A stretch of DNA of 64,000 nucleotides, taken from the NCBI GenBank assembly GCA_963783885.1, contig CAWAPJ010000029.1, positions 37,593-101,592 of the forward strand, written 5' to 3'. A program made the position numbers and the translations under genes. The DNA comes from Waddliaceae bacterium. Lineage in GTDB: Bacteria > Chlamydiota > Chlamydiia > Chlamydiales > SLFE01. The notes under the pieces are model-generated. The model was given only the letters and a program-made list of their open reading frames with translations, was not told the DNA's origin and ran no database searches. Of this stretch, positions 9,989-19,607 are shown piece after piece. How positions within the stretch are numbered: position 1 is the stretch's first letter; each line of letters starts with the position of its first letter.

Positions 9989-10171
9989 TTACATAAAGTC
10001 TCTGTCCATGACTGTTTTACGTTTATTTTGCTCTGCGTTGAGAATGGCTTTGTCAATTTCTCTCTCGACAATTCTTGTGAGAGCATCGAACACAGACGAC
10101 GATGTGTTCATTCCCGACTTATCTTTGATATAAGTTTTCACCTTGCTGGCGACGACTTTAGAATCACTCAT
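9989..10171 (-). CDS. 60-aa singlet histone-fold-like protein (bacterial histone / DUF1931-related)
   Basis: The sequence is MSDSKVVASKVKTYIKDKSGMNTSSSVFDALTRIVEREIDKAILNAEQNKRKTVMDRDFM. It shows a helix-loop-long helix-loop-helix pattern ending in RKTV..RDF, as in archaeal histones and the Bdellovibrio-type bacterial histone. This is recalled from memory, not searched. Confidence 0.5.
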   Translation of the reverse strand: MSDSKVVASKVKTYIKDKSGMNTSSSVFDALTRIVEREIDKAILNAEQNKRKTVMDRDFM

Positions 10172-10290
10172 GATCGCACCCTTTTGTTAAGTAGACTTTT
10201 GTCTAATCCTTTCCCTCGATATAATTAAATCTGCAAAAAGGTGCAACAATCAACGGTAAAAATTTACAAAATATTGGTTGTTAGATATAT

Positions 10291-12281
10291 ATGGAGTTTC
10301 CTCTACTTCGCGACATCGTCGTAATCTTCGCCCTTTCCATTGCGGTGCTGCTCGTCTGCCACCGCTTGAGGATATCTTCTGTCGTGGGATTTATCCTGAC
10401 CGGAATTTTAGCAGGCCCCCACGGGTTCGGGCTGATTTCAGCTATCGGGCAGGTGGATATCCTGGCTAAGATCGGGGTGATCCTTCTTCTTTTTACCATC
10501 GGGATGGAATTTTCACCGAGGCGCATTTTGGCAATGCGGAAGGGATTTTTTATCGGCGGCGCCCTGCAGGTAGGCTTCACTATTTTGGGAGGGTTTGCCG
10601 TAGCCAAGCTCGTGGGCAGGCCTGCTTCCGAATCCTTGTTTCTCGGCTTCCTTCTTTCTTTAAGCAGCACAGCTATTGTTTTGAAGCTGCTCAGCGACAG
10701 GGGCGAGGGCAAAACGCCTCATGGCAATCTCATTTTGGCGATCCTAATTTTTCAGGACGTGATCATCGTGATGATGATGCTTATGATCCCGCTGCTGGCG
10801 GGGGAAGGTGCGCTCCCTTTAAGGGATGCTCCCATTGTCTTAGGGAAAGGGGCGCTGATTATTGGCATTAGCTTTTTTTCGCGATTAAGGTTGTTCCTTC
10901 TCTTCTCGACCATGTCGCGAGGACGCGCAGCCGCGAACTCTTTTTGCTTACGGTCCTTGCGATTTGCTTTTCGGTGACCTGGAGTACCTCGCTTGCGGGA
11001 CTGTCAATTTCTCTTGGTGCCTTCTTGTCGGGAATGATTCTTTCCGAATCGGAATATCGCCATCAGGCTTTGGGAAACATTCTTCCCTTTCAAGACATTT
11101 TCACCAGCTTTTTCTTTATTTCCATCGGGATGCTTTTGCAGCTTGAGTTTGTCTATCAGAACCTAGTGTTGATCCTGGCGGTTTGTTTCGGTGTTTTGCT
11201 TCTTAAGGGATTTGTTGCCGGCAACACGTCTTTGATTTTAGGCGCTCCATTAAGGACGTCGATCCTTGTGGGGTTTGCTCTGAGCCAGGTTGGAGAATTC
11301 GCTTTTGTTCTGGCCCAGGCGGGAATGAGAACAGGCATGGGAGAGGTCTGGTTTTATCAACTGTTTTTGTCTGTATCTCTGCTGACAATGCTGGCGACTC
11401 CCTTTTTAATCAAGTCGGCTCCGTTTGCAGCAAACTTTGTCTGCCGTCTCCCCTTGCCGGGGAAGCTGCTCTCCGGAAGGAATATGCGGGAGCTGGAAGA
11501 AGAAAAGGGACTCGCAAATCATGTGGTGATCACCGGATTTGGAACAGTGGGAAAAAACCTTGCCGAGTCCTGCAGAATGGCAAATGTGAATTTCTGTGTT
11601 TTAGAGACCAACCTCGATTTAATTAGGCAGCAAAGAAAAGAGGGAGTGCCGATCTACTTTGGGGATGCCGGTCATGTTTCAGTTTTGCAGCACGTCAACA
11701 TAGACAAAGCTTCGACACTCGCCGTGCTGGTGAACAGTCCCTCGGATGAAAGACGGATCGTTCAAGAGGCAAGAAGGGAAAACAGCGAACTTTATATCGT
11801 GGTTAGGACCCATTATAGCGAAGAGTGCGAGGTTTTGTTTCAATTAGGGGCCGACGAGGTCGTCATCGATGAGTTCGAGTCATCGGTTCAAGTGGTCAAC
11901 CGCATCATGAGCCGCTACGGAGTGTCCTATTCCGAACGGGACCGCATCATCAACAGGCTTCCCGGAGGCCTAGACGATATGCTTCGGGAACCCCGCAACC
12001 CTTTTCTGAAATTTACCCAGCTTGAACTTGATTTGCCTCATGTGCTTTTGGAGGCCTGGGATGTCAGCCCCGGGGCCCCTCTTTGCGACAAGGCAGTACA
12101 GGAGTCGAATCTTAGGCCCGAATACGGAATTTCCATTTTAATCATCATCCGGGGCGGGAAAAATATTACAGACATTTCCGGTAAAACCCGCATTTTGGAA
12201 GGGGATAAGCTTGTCGTCTTTGGAGATAAGGGAAAATTAAGGGAAGCGGAAGTTCTTTTTAAGGCGAAAGCCGCTCAATGA
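10291..12281 (+). pseudogene. Kef-type K+/H+ antiporter (CPA2) with RCK/TrkA-N and TrkA-C domains, split by a 1-nt frameshift
   Basis: ORF 10291..10977 carries the N-terminal TMs. ORF 10944..12281 continues upstream in its own frame as AIKVVPSLLDHVARTRSRELFLLTVLAICF. The frames meet at the T7 run 10873..10879, and a T8 would give one 663-aa protein. The C-terminal part has the Rossmann motif VVITGFGTVGKN. Confidence 0.8.
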
Positions 12282-12882
12282 TCCACGATCCGTTTTTAAG
12301 CAGATACCGAAACCTGTCATGAAGGCGGTGGGGCCGCCCCTGCCAAAATTCCACATAATCCGGCAAAAGGCGGTAGCCTCCCCAAAACTCTGGAAGAGGG
12401 ATCTCTTTGCCTTCAAAACGGTTTTTTGTTTCTTCCCATTTTTTGTCGAGTTCTCCGCGGGAGGCGATCACTTCATCTTGTTTCGAGGCATAAGCGCTGA
12501 TTCGGCTTTCCCTAGGACGAGTTGCGAAATAGTCTTCGGATTCACTGCGGCTGACTTTTTCGACTCTCCCTTCTACGACGATCTGCCTTGCCAGGGCAGT
12601 CCATAGAAACGTTGCCGATGCGCGGGGGTTTTCCTCAATTTCCAAAGCTTTGCGGCTTTCGTAGTTGGTAAAAAAAACAAGGCCCCCCTTAGTGATTCCT
12701 TTTAAAAGGACTGTCCGGCTCGACGGTCTTCCATCTTTTGAGGCGGTGCAAAGAATCATCGCATTGGGTTCGATTATTTCAGCATTTGCAGTATCGTCGA
12801 TCCAGATTTTTAATTGATCGAGGGGATTTTCTTTGAGAAGCGATCTTCTGAGCTGCTGCAAAGGGTTTTTCCTAATATCCAT
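12259..12882 (-). CDS. pdxH: pyridoxamine 5'-phosphate oxidase
   Basis: The 207-aa ORF has PdxH blocks (RTVLLKG, FFTNYESRK, VEFWQGRPHRLHDR). Confidence 0.9.
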   Translation of the reverse strand: MDIRKNPLQQLRRSLLKENPLDQLKIWIDDTANAEIIEPNAMILCTASKDGRPSSRTVLLKGITKGGLVFFTNYESRKALEIEENPRASATFLWTALARQIVVEGRVEKVSRSESEDYFATRPRESRISAYASKQDEVIASRGELDKKWEETKNRFEGKEIPLPEFWGGYRLLPDYVEFWQGRPHRLHDRFRYLLKNGSWIIERLSP

Positions 12883-12930
12883 TGACTGGGCCTCCTTAAC
12901 TCATTTATAAGCGAAAGCAATGAGGTGTCA

Positions 12931-14133
12931 ATGGAAAAGCTGTTAATCGATGAACTCGATATGAAGGGGAAAAAAGTTCTGATGCGCGTCGATTTCAACG
13001 TCCCTCTGAATGACAGAGGCGGCATTTCCGACGACACGAGGATAAAGGAAGCGCTTCCCTCGATCCAATATGTCCTCGATCATGGCAAAAGCCTCATATT
13101 GATGAGTCATTTGGGAAGGCCGAAAGGAAAAGAAGAGAGATTTACTTTAAAGCCTTGCGCCAAAAGACTCTCCGAGCTTCTCGGAAAAGAGGTCAAAATG
13201 GCTCCTGACTGCGTGGGAGGCGAAGTGGTCAAAATGGCGCAAAACTTAAAACAGGGCGACGTGCTGCTTTTGGAAAATCTCCGTTTTCATCAAGCCGAAA
13301 CAAAACCTGAGTCCGATCCCGATTTTGCAAAAAATCTCTCTTGTCTTGCCGATATTTATGTGAATGATGCTTTTGGAACGGCCCATCGGAAGCACTCCTC
13401 GACATATGAAGTGGCAAAATATTTTCAAGGTTCGGCAGCGGCCGGCTATCTTATGAAAAAAGAAATTGACAATTTGGGAAAAGTTCTGAACAATCCCGCC
13501 CATCCCTTCTATGCGATCATCGGCGGAGTTAAGATATCGACAAAAATTGGGGTGATCTCTTCTCTTCTGGAAAAAGTAGACGGCCTGTTGATCTGCGGGG
13601 CCATGGCCCACACTTTTTTAAAGGGGAAGGGAATTGCAATTGGGGATTCCCTTTACGAAGAGGAATATCTCGATACGGCCTTTCAAATCATGGAAGAGTG
13701 CCGCGAAAAAAAAATCAAACTTATTCTTCCCGTGGATGTTCTTGCCGTCAGGGAAATTAAAGAAAAGCAGCAGCCTGTCGCTTTCGATTTGACAGAAGGG
13801 GGCGTTGCGAGCGGATATCAGGCCGTTGATATCGGTCCGAAAACCATCAAACTTTATAAGGACTCCCTTTCAGATGCCAAAACCGTTTTGTGGAACGGAC
13901 CTGCCGGGATATTCGAAATTCCCGAATTTTCCGAAGGAACGCGCGCTGTGGCCGAAATTTTGGGGTCGCTTAGGGCGGAAACCCTCGTTGGAGGAGGGGA
14001 TTCGGTTTCTGCTGTCTCCTCACTGGGACTTGCGGGCAAAATGACCCACATCTCCACCGGAGGGGGCGCTGCCCTCGAATTTATTCAAAATGGCACCCTC
14101 CCCGGCATTGAAGTCTTAACTGATAAGGTTTAA
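12931..14133 (+). CDS. pgk: phosphoglycerate kinase
   Basis: Motifs include MRVDFNVP, MSHLGRPKG, NDAFGTAHR and STGGGA. I prefer the ATG at 12931 (a GAGG lies 5 nt upstream) over the GTG at 12925 used by the ORF track. Confidence 0.9.
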   Translation: MEKLLIDELDMKGKKVLMRVDFNVPLNDRGGISDDTRIKEALPSIQYVLDHGKSLILMSHLGRPKGKEERFTLKPCAKRLSELLGKEVKMAPDCVGGEVVKMAQNLKQGDVLLLENLRFHQAETKPESDPDFAKNLSCLADIYVNDAFGTAHRKHSSTYEVAKYFQGSAAAGYLMKKEIDNLGKVLNNPAHPFYAIIGGVKISTKIGVISSLLEKVDGLLICGAMAHTFLKGKGIAIGDSLYEEEYLDTAFQIMEECREKKIKLILPVDVLAVREIKEKQQPVAFDLTEGGVASGYQAVDIGPKTIKLYKDSLSDAKTVLWNGPAGIFEIPEFSEGTRAVAEILGSLRAETLVGGGDSVSAVSSLGLAGKMTHISTGGGAALEFIQNGTLPGIEVLTDKV

Positions 14134-14258
14134 ACCATTGATTATTAAATATTTTGGTAATATCCATTGCTTTAAAATCTCCCTCTTGAGATAATCGAAA
14201 TCTCAGCAATGTTTAAGTTGAGAATAATTCTCAAAACTTTGACCCCTGAAGGGAGTGA

Positions 14259-15812
14259 ATGTCGGGTTCGACAGAAGCAGAGTTTTCCGGATGGCGATCG
14301 TTTTTTTGGCCCATCCACAGTCATGAGCTTCGCAAGCTCCTCCCCATGCTGTTGATCTTATTTCTCATCACCTTCAATTACAACGTTCTTAGGACGATGA
14401 AAGACACTCTCGTCGTCGCTACCGGCAAGCATTCCGGTGCCGAAGTCATTCCGTTTATCAAACTCTGGATTATGTTTCCCTGCTCCATTTTGCTTACATA
14501 TCTGTTTACCAAGCTCACCAACAAATTGTCTCGAGAGTTTGTTTTCTATTCCATGATGTCGGTCTTTTTGATCTTCTTTGCTTTTTTTATCTTTGTGCTC
14601 TATCCCTGCAGAGAATTCATTCATCCGCACGAGTTTGCCGACAAGCTCCAAATGTTTCTGCCCGTGGGAATGAAGGGTTTTGTTGCGATGATCCGCAACT
14701 GGTCATTTTCAAGCTTTTATGTCATGTCCGAGCTTTGGGGGAATATTGTCCTCTTTTTACTTTTCTGGGGATTTGCCAATCAGATCACTCATCTTGGCGA
14801 GGCGAAACGCTTCTACGCGATTTTGGGAATCGGAACAAACGTCTCGGGAATCATTGCGGGTCAATTCGCCGTGCAGATATCAAAAACCGAAATGATTTCG
14901 TTTATTCCCTACGGCAGCCGCCCATGGGACCAGCAAATGCTGGTTCTAGTCTCAATCGTTTTGATTTGCGGCATAGCCGCGATGGCCGTTTTCCGATGGA
15001 TGCACACACATGTTCTCGATACTGAAACCGGTGAGGCAATTGAGACGTCGAATGGAGAGGTCAAAGGGCGGATGTCGATGCGAGAAAACTTTTCTTATCT
15101 GTTTAAGTCGCGCTATCTGATGTATATTGCCGTCATCACAATAGCCTATAACATCATTATCAATCTCGTAGAAGTTCTGTGGAAACACCAGGTTCATGAA
15201 CTCTATTCTAATCCAAGCGAGTACAATCTTTACATGAACCAGGTCATGGTGATTATCGGCATTCTGGCAACCATCACATCCTTTTTGGGCACCGGCAACC
15301 TAATACGAAGGTGCGGCTGGACCAAAACAGCTATGCTCACGCCGATTATCCTGCTGCTGACAAGCGTTTTCTTTTTTGGGCTGTTTTTTGCAAAAGAGTA
15401 CTTTCTCGATGGGGCTCAGGTTCTCTTTGGAACAGCGCCCATCGCCCTTGTCGTTTTTTTCGGCACCCTTCAAAATGTTTTGAGCCGGGGTGCCAAGTAC
15501 ACAATTTATGATGCCACGAAAGAAGTGGCTTTTATCCCTCTAAGCTCAGAATCGAAAATTAAAGGCAAAGCCGCAATCGATGGAGTTTGCAATCGACTCG
15601 GCAAATCCGGGGGATCGGCGATTCATCAGGTCTTGCTGATTTCCTTCTCTACACTCTCTTTAAGCGCCCCTTACGTTGCCGGTTTTCTCCTCGCGATCAT
15701 AGGGATTTGGATGGGAGCCGTATCCTCTCTTGGGAAACAATTCAACTTCCTGACCACCGATGAGGTCAAAACCCCTGCCGATTCAGACGCCGAACCTGTC
15801 TTACAAGGATAA
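14259..15812 (+). CDS. ntt: ATP/ADP (nucleotide) translocase, Ntt/Npt family
   Basis: The 517-aa polytopic protein has conserved Ntt blocks (FWPIHSHELRKLLPM, NYNVLRTMKD, KGKAAIDGVCNRLGKSGG). Confidence 0.9.
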   Translation: MSGSTEAEFSGWRSFFWPIHSHELRKLLPMLLILFLITFNYNVLRTMKDTLVVATGKHSGAEVIPFIKLWIMFPCSILLTYLFTKLTNKLSREFVFYSMMSVFLIFFAFFIFVLYPCREFIHPHEFADKLQMFLPVGMKGFVAMIRNWSFSSFYVMSELWGNIVLFLLFWGFANQITHLGEAKRFYAILGIGTNVSGIIAGQFAVQISKTEMISFIPYGSRPWDQQMLVLVSIVLICGIAAMAVFRWMHTHVLDTETGEAIETSNGEVKGRMSMRENFSYLFKSRYLMYIAVITIAYNIIINLVEVLWKHQVHELYSNPSEYNLYMNQVMVIIGILATITSFLGTGNLIRRCGWTKTAMLTPIILLLTSVFFFGLFFAKEYFLDGAQVLFGTAPIALVVFFGTLQNVLSRGAKYTIYDATKEVAFIPLSSESKIKGKAAIDGVCNRLGKSGGSAIHQVLLISFSTLSLSAPYVAGFLLAIIGIWMGAVSSLGKQFNFLTTDEVKTPADSDAEPVLQG

Positions 15813-15918
15813 CTAACTCTTAACAAAATTAATTTAATTTTAGCGTTTTATAAGTTTATTTTTTAAGTTGATTTTAATTATTAAATGTGGTAATTTTTAT
15901 TTTTAAGGACTTGTTATA

Positions 15919-17499
15919 ATGAAAACAACAAAACAAGCGGAGTTTGGGCCTTTCAGGTCAATATTTTGGCCCTTTTACCGGCGTGAGCTAAAATTGGTCA
16001 TTCCCATGATGCTTATGCTCTTTCTTACCTGCTTTAATTATAGCATCCTTCGCAATCTGAAAGACGTTCTTGTGGTTACCGCGAAATCGTCGGGGGGAGC
16101 CGTAATTCCCTTCATCAAGGTCTGGGCTATGCTTCCCATGGCTGTACTTTCCGCCTATATTTTTACTAAGCTCTCCAACCGATACAGCCAGGAAAAAGTA
16201 TACTACATCATGGTTTGGGGATTTCTCATCGCCTATGTGACATTCGGCTTTATCCTCTATCCGATGCGCGAGAGCCTGGAACTTGTCGGGGTTGCCAGGT
16301 TTTTGGAATCGATCCTTCCGACCGGGGCGCATGGCTTCATATCCATGATCAGGCATTGGTCCTTTACAATGTTTTACGTGATGTGCGAGCTTTGGTCCAG
16401 TATTGTTCTAACGGTTCTTTTTTGGGGTTTTGCCAATGAAATCACCAAAGTAAAAGATGCCCGCCGCCATTATAGCATTTTGGGCGTTGTCTCCAGTATT
16501 TCCGCCGTTATCGCCGGCTTATTGGGCCGCTATTTTTCGAGTCTTGAATACAACCCCAGCCTCCCTTTTGGCAGCGACGCCTTTGAACAGACCATTATGG
16601 AAGTTGTTTTGGCTGTCTTTGTTGTCGGCCTTTTCATTATGGGGTCGTTTTGGTGGCTCAATAAATATGCCCTTAATTCACCCGAGTATATTGACCTTCA
16701 CCGATCAAACCGCGCCTTCAGAATGAGGAAGAAGCAATCTTTAAGAGACAGCTTTACCTTCCTTGCCAAATCCAAATATCTCATCTGTATCGCCGTTATC
16801 GTTGTAGCGTATAATTTGTCGATCAACCTTGTCGAGGTTGTCTGGAAAGATCAATTAAAGAATCTTTATCCCAACCGGGATGACTACTTCATTTATTTGA
16901 GCAATGTCACAATTCTTTTGGGAATCATTTCTTCTGCCGCTTCTTTTTTCATCGGGAAAATCATCGGACGGATCGGGTGGACAAAAACCGCCTTGATCAC
17001 TCCCCTGGTCCTTTTGGCGACCAGCCTGGGATTCTTTGGATTCCTATTTTACCGTCAGTTCATGGTGGATACGACGATTTATTTTATGGGAATGACGCCG
17101 CTGGCTTTAGCCGTCATGTTCGGCGGGGCTCAAAACTGCCTTAGCAAGTCGGCCAAATATTCAATTTTCGATTCGACAAAAGAAATGGTCTTTATTCCAC
17201 TGGACCACGAGACCAAGCTCAAAGGGAAAGCCGCCATAGACGGAGTAGGTTCACGCCTGGGCAAGTCCGGAGGTGCAGTCGTCCATCAGGCGCTGCTTCT
17301 GATCTTTTCGTCGCTCACACAAAGCGCCCCTTATGTTGCCACTATCTTGATGGGAGTTATTTTTGTCTGGTTTGGGGCGGTCAAAGTACTCGGCCTGGAA
17401 TTTGCCAAAATGGCTCTTGAGAGAAATGACACTTCTGAAGGGATCACTGACCAGATTAAATCCAAACCTCAGCTTGCAAAGTTAAGTCCTGAAAGCTAA
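15919..17499 (+). CDS. ntt: second nucleotide translocase, Ntt/Npt family (tandem paralog)
   Basis: The 526-aa protein is colinear with the upstream copy (FWPFYRRELKLVIPM, NYSILRNLKD, KGKAAIDGVGSRLGKSGG). Confidence 0.9.
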   Translation: MKTTKQAEFGPFRSIFWPFYRRELKLVIPMMLMLFLTCFNYSILRNLKDVLVVTAKSSGGAVIPFIKVWAMLPMAVLSAYIFTKLSNRYSQEKVYYIMVWGFLIAYVTFGFILYPMRESLELVGVARFLESILPTGAHGFISMIRHWSFTMFYVMCELWSSIVLTVLFWGFANEITKVKDARRHYSILGVVSSISAVIAGLLGRYFSSLEYNPSLPFGSDAFEQTIMEVVLAVFVVGLFIMGSFWWLNKYALNSPEYIDLHRSNRAFRMRKKQSLRDSFTFLAKSKYLICIAVIVVAYNLSINLVEVVWKDQLKNLYPNRDDYFIYLSNVTILLGIISSAASFFIGKIIGRIGWTKTALITPLVLLATSLGFFGFLFYRQFMVDTTIYFMGMTPLALAVMFGGAQNCLSKSAKYSIFDSTKEMVFIPLDHETKLKGKAAIDGVGSRLGKSGGAVVHQALLLIFSSLTQSAPYVATILMGVIFVWFGAVKVLGLEFAKMALERNDTSEGITDQIKSKPQLAKLSPES

Positions 17500-17638
17500 G
17501 ACATATAGAACTAATTTTTTATTTTATCCCCCCTTTATGTTATCTCTAAGTTAGATTTACTCTATTTTTATCAAGCCTCAAGACATCATCTTTTTCAGAA
17601 GAGAAAAACAAATTAACAAATCCTTTAAGGAGTTTTAT

Positions 17639-18052
17639 ATGAAAAAGCGAAATTTGAAAAAAATCGCCTTGGCAGGGCTTGCCAGCGGAATTTGCATGAT
17701 TAATTCGGCAAACGCCGGATATATTAATGCCGATGTGAATAACAATTCTATGAACCATCAGGCTCCTATGACATCGCAGCAGCTAAGATCGCAGCTGAAT
17801 CCGGCAACTCAAAAACTTTACGATACTATGAGTTCAGAAGGAAAAGCTTTAGCCCTTAAACTTGCGAATCAAAGCTGCAAGGGCCAAAACAGTTGTAAAG
17901 GACTCAATTCCTGTAAAACCGATCATAACTCCTGCGCAGGCCAGGGCGGCTGCAAAGGAACGTCCAAAGGACCTTTCCAAGATAAGAATATGGCTGTAAA
18001 AACTGCTGCTAAGCATATGGCCGAAAAAAGAAACGGAGCCGTGGAACAGTAA
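17639..18052 (+). CDS. secreted Cys-rich peptide, orphan paralog of the bufferin-like precursor at 28778..29218
   Basis: It has a signal peptide (MKKRNLKKIALAGLASGICMINSANA) and the core QSCKGQNSCKGLNSCKTDHNSCAGQGGCKG. The flanking segments LYDTMSSEGKALALKLA and DKNMAVKTAAKHMAEKR match the clustered precursor. A GGAG lies upstream. Confidence 0.7.
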   Translation: MKKRNLKKIALAGLASGICMINSANAGYINADVNNNSMNHQAPMTSQQLRSQLNPATQKLYDTMSSEGKALALKLANQSCKGQNSCKGLNSCKTDHNSCAGQGGCKGTSKGPFQDKNMAVKTAAKHMAEKRNGAVEQ

Positions 18053-18058
18053 TTACTC

Positions 18059-18088
18059 GATTTGGGGGGGGGATTCTCCCCCCAAATC
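18059..18088. terminator. GC hairpin between convergent genes (probable bidirectional terminator)
   Basis: GATTTGGGGGG(GGG ATTCT)CCCCCCAAATC lies between the stop at 18052 (+) and the stop at 18094 (-). Confidence 0.5.
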
Positions 18089-18093
18089 AATTT

Positions 18094-19458
18094 TCATGCT
18101 CGAAGAGAGACGCACTTTTCTACAAGGTACTCGTCAATGCCTTCTGGACCCCCTTCCCGTCCAAGGCCCGAATTTTTGATTCCCCCAAAGGAGAGTGACG
18201 GTGAGCTGGGGAGCCCATCGTTTATGCCAATAATGCCAAATTGCAAAGTATCCATGGCCCTGTAGGCTCTTTCGAGGCTTTGGGTGAAAAGATAGGATGC
18301 AAGGCCGTAAGGAGTGTCATTGGCCATTCGATAGGCGTCGTCATCACTGGAAAATCGGATAAGAGGGGCGACAGGCCCGAATGTTTCTTCGCGGCAAACC
18401 AGCATTTGGCTGTCGACATCAGTGAGAACGGCCGGGTCGTAAGGGTTTTTTCCTTTTAAAAGGGCTTTGGCTCCGTTTTTAAGCGCATCTTCGATTTGTT
18501 TCGGAACTTTATCGAGGACGCTCGGGTGCAAGACATTTGTCAGGTCGGTTTCAGGGTCATGCGGGTCGCCGACTTGCAGTTTTTTGACAGCATCGACAAA
18601 TTTTTTGGCAAAAACATCATATATGGCCTCGTGGACAAAGATTCTGTTTGCGGCAACGCAGGACTGACCATTGTTGCGGAATTTTGCAATCACCGTTTGC
18701 GCGGCTGCAAGGTCAATATCGGCGTCGTCAAAGATAATGACAGGAGCGTGGCCACCCAGTTCAAGCGACAGTTTTTTGAGCGTAGGAGCCGAGTGTTCAT
18801 AGAGATACTTGCCGACAGCAGTGCTTCCGGTAAAGCTGATTTTTTTGATTTTAGGAGATTCAAGAAGCGCTTTGCCGATCTCTTTTTCATCTCCGAGAAC
18901 GACATTGACGACGCCGGGAGGAATGCCGGCTTCTTGACAGGCGAAAGCGGTGAAGAGGGCGCTTTTTGGACACTCCATTGCAGGTTTGAGGACAAGAGGG
19001 CAGCCGGCGGCAAGGGCTGCTGCTACTTTCCTTGCCGGCATGGCAAGGGGAAAATTCCATGGGGTGATGAGTCCCGAGACGCCTACCGGAGTTTTGAGAA
19101 AATGGAGGGTTTTCTCTCTGTCTGGAGAGGACAGCTGCCTTTGGTATATCCTTTCTGCCTCTCCAGCAAACCAATGAAAAAACCCCGCTGAGTATGCGGC
19201 CTCGGCAAGCCCGTCCTTTCTGGTCTTGCCCATTTCTGCTGTCATGATTTTTGCCAGCTCAAGGCGGTTACCAATAATCAGATCGCCGATTTTGCGGAGA
19301 ATGCGCGATTTTTCCTGCGGAGGCGTCTGCTTCCACCCCTCAAATGATCTTTCTGCGCAGTCGATAGCTTTTTCTACCGCTCCGACGGGAGAAATTTCCC
19401 CGTAGATGAAGGATCCCTGTTCTCTTAAGTTGAAAAAAGTCTGCATCTTGATCGACAT
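18094..19458 (-). CDS. NAD(P)-dependent aldehyde dehydrogenase (succinate-semialdehyde dehydrogenase-like)
   Basis: The 454-aa ORF has ALDH motifs (ITPWNFP, FTGSTAVGK, LELGGHAP, NNGQSCVAANR, EETFGPV). Confidence 0.8.
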   Translation of the reverse strand: MSIKMQTFFNLREQGSFIYGEISPVGAVEKAIDCAERSFEGWKQTPPQEKSRILRKIGDLIIGNRLELAKIMTAEMGKTRKDGLAEAAYSAGFFHWFAGEAERIYQRQLSSPDREKTLHFLKTPVGVSGLITPWNFPLAMPARKVAAALAAGCPLVLKPAMECPKSALFTAFACQEAGIPPGVVNVVLGDEKEIGKALLESPKIKKISFTGSTAVGKYLYEHSAPTLKKLSLELGGHAPVIIFDDADIDLAAAQTVIAKFRNNGQSCVAANRIFVHEAIYDVFAKKFVDAVKKLQVGDPHDPETDLTNVLHPSVLDKVPKQIEDALKNGAKALLKGKNPYDPAVLTDVDSQMLVCREETFGPVAPLIRFSSDDDAYRMANDTPYGLASYLFTQSLERAYRAMDTLQFGIIGINDGLPSSPSLSFGGIKNSGLGREGGPEGIDEYLVEKCVSLRA

Positions 19459-19607
19459 ATAGAAACCAAAAGCCTATATGTCAATGATGATTTTTGCGTT
19501 CTCTAACAGCAACTTAGAGAGGCAGACATTTGAGACATGGTCGCTAATACAAAAAAAAACATGAATTTTTATTTAAAAATCGTTATTTGTAGTTTTGAGG
19601 GCAAGTT

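Noticed and set aside
9940-10086. N-terminal extension of the gloB 5' fragment (ORF 9829..10086)
   Set aside because: The conserved GloB N-terminus starts at MLKIL (9939). The extension overlaps the 3' part of the histone-fold gene on the same strand.
18064-18072. G9 homopolymer as a phase-variation tract
   Set aside because: It is intergenic, between two convergent stop codons. It forms the stem of a hairpin with the C6 run, so a terminator is the simpler explanation.
18496-19191. 231-aa ORF on the plus strand
   Set aside because: It is antisense to the aldehyde dehydrogenase gene, which has clear ALDH motifs. The same reasoning applies to the other long antisense ORFs at 21254..21814, 34991..35662, 38447..38935, 48796..49437 and 51629..52114.
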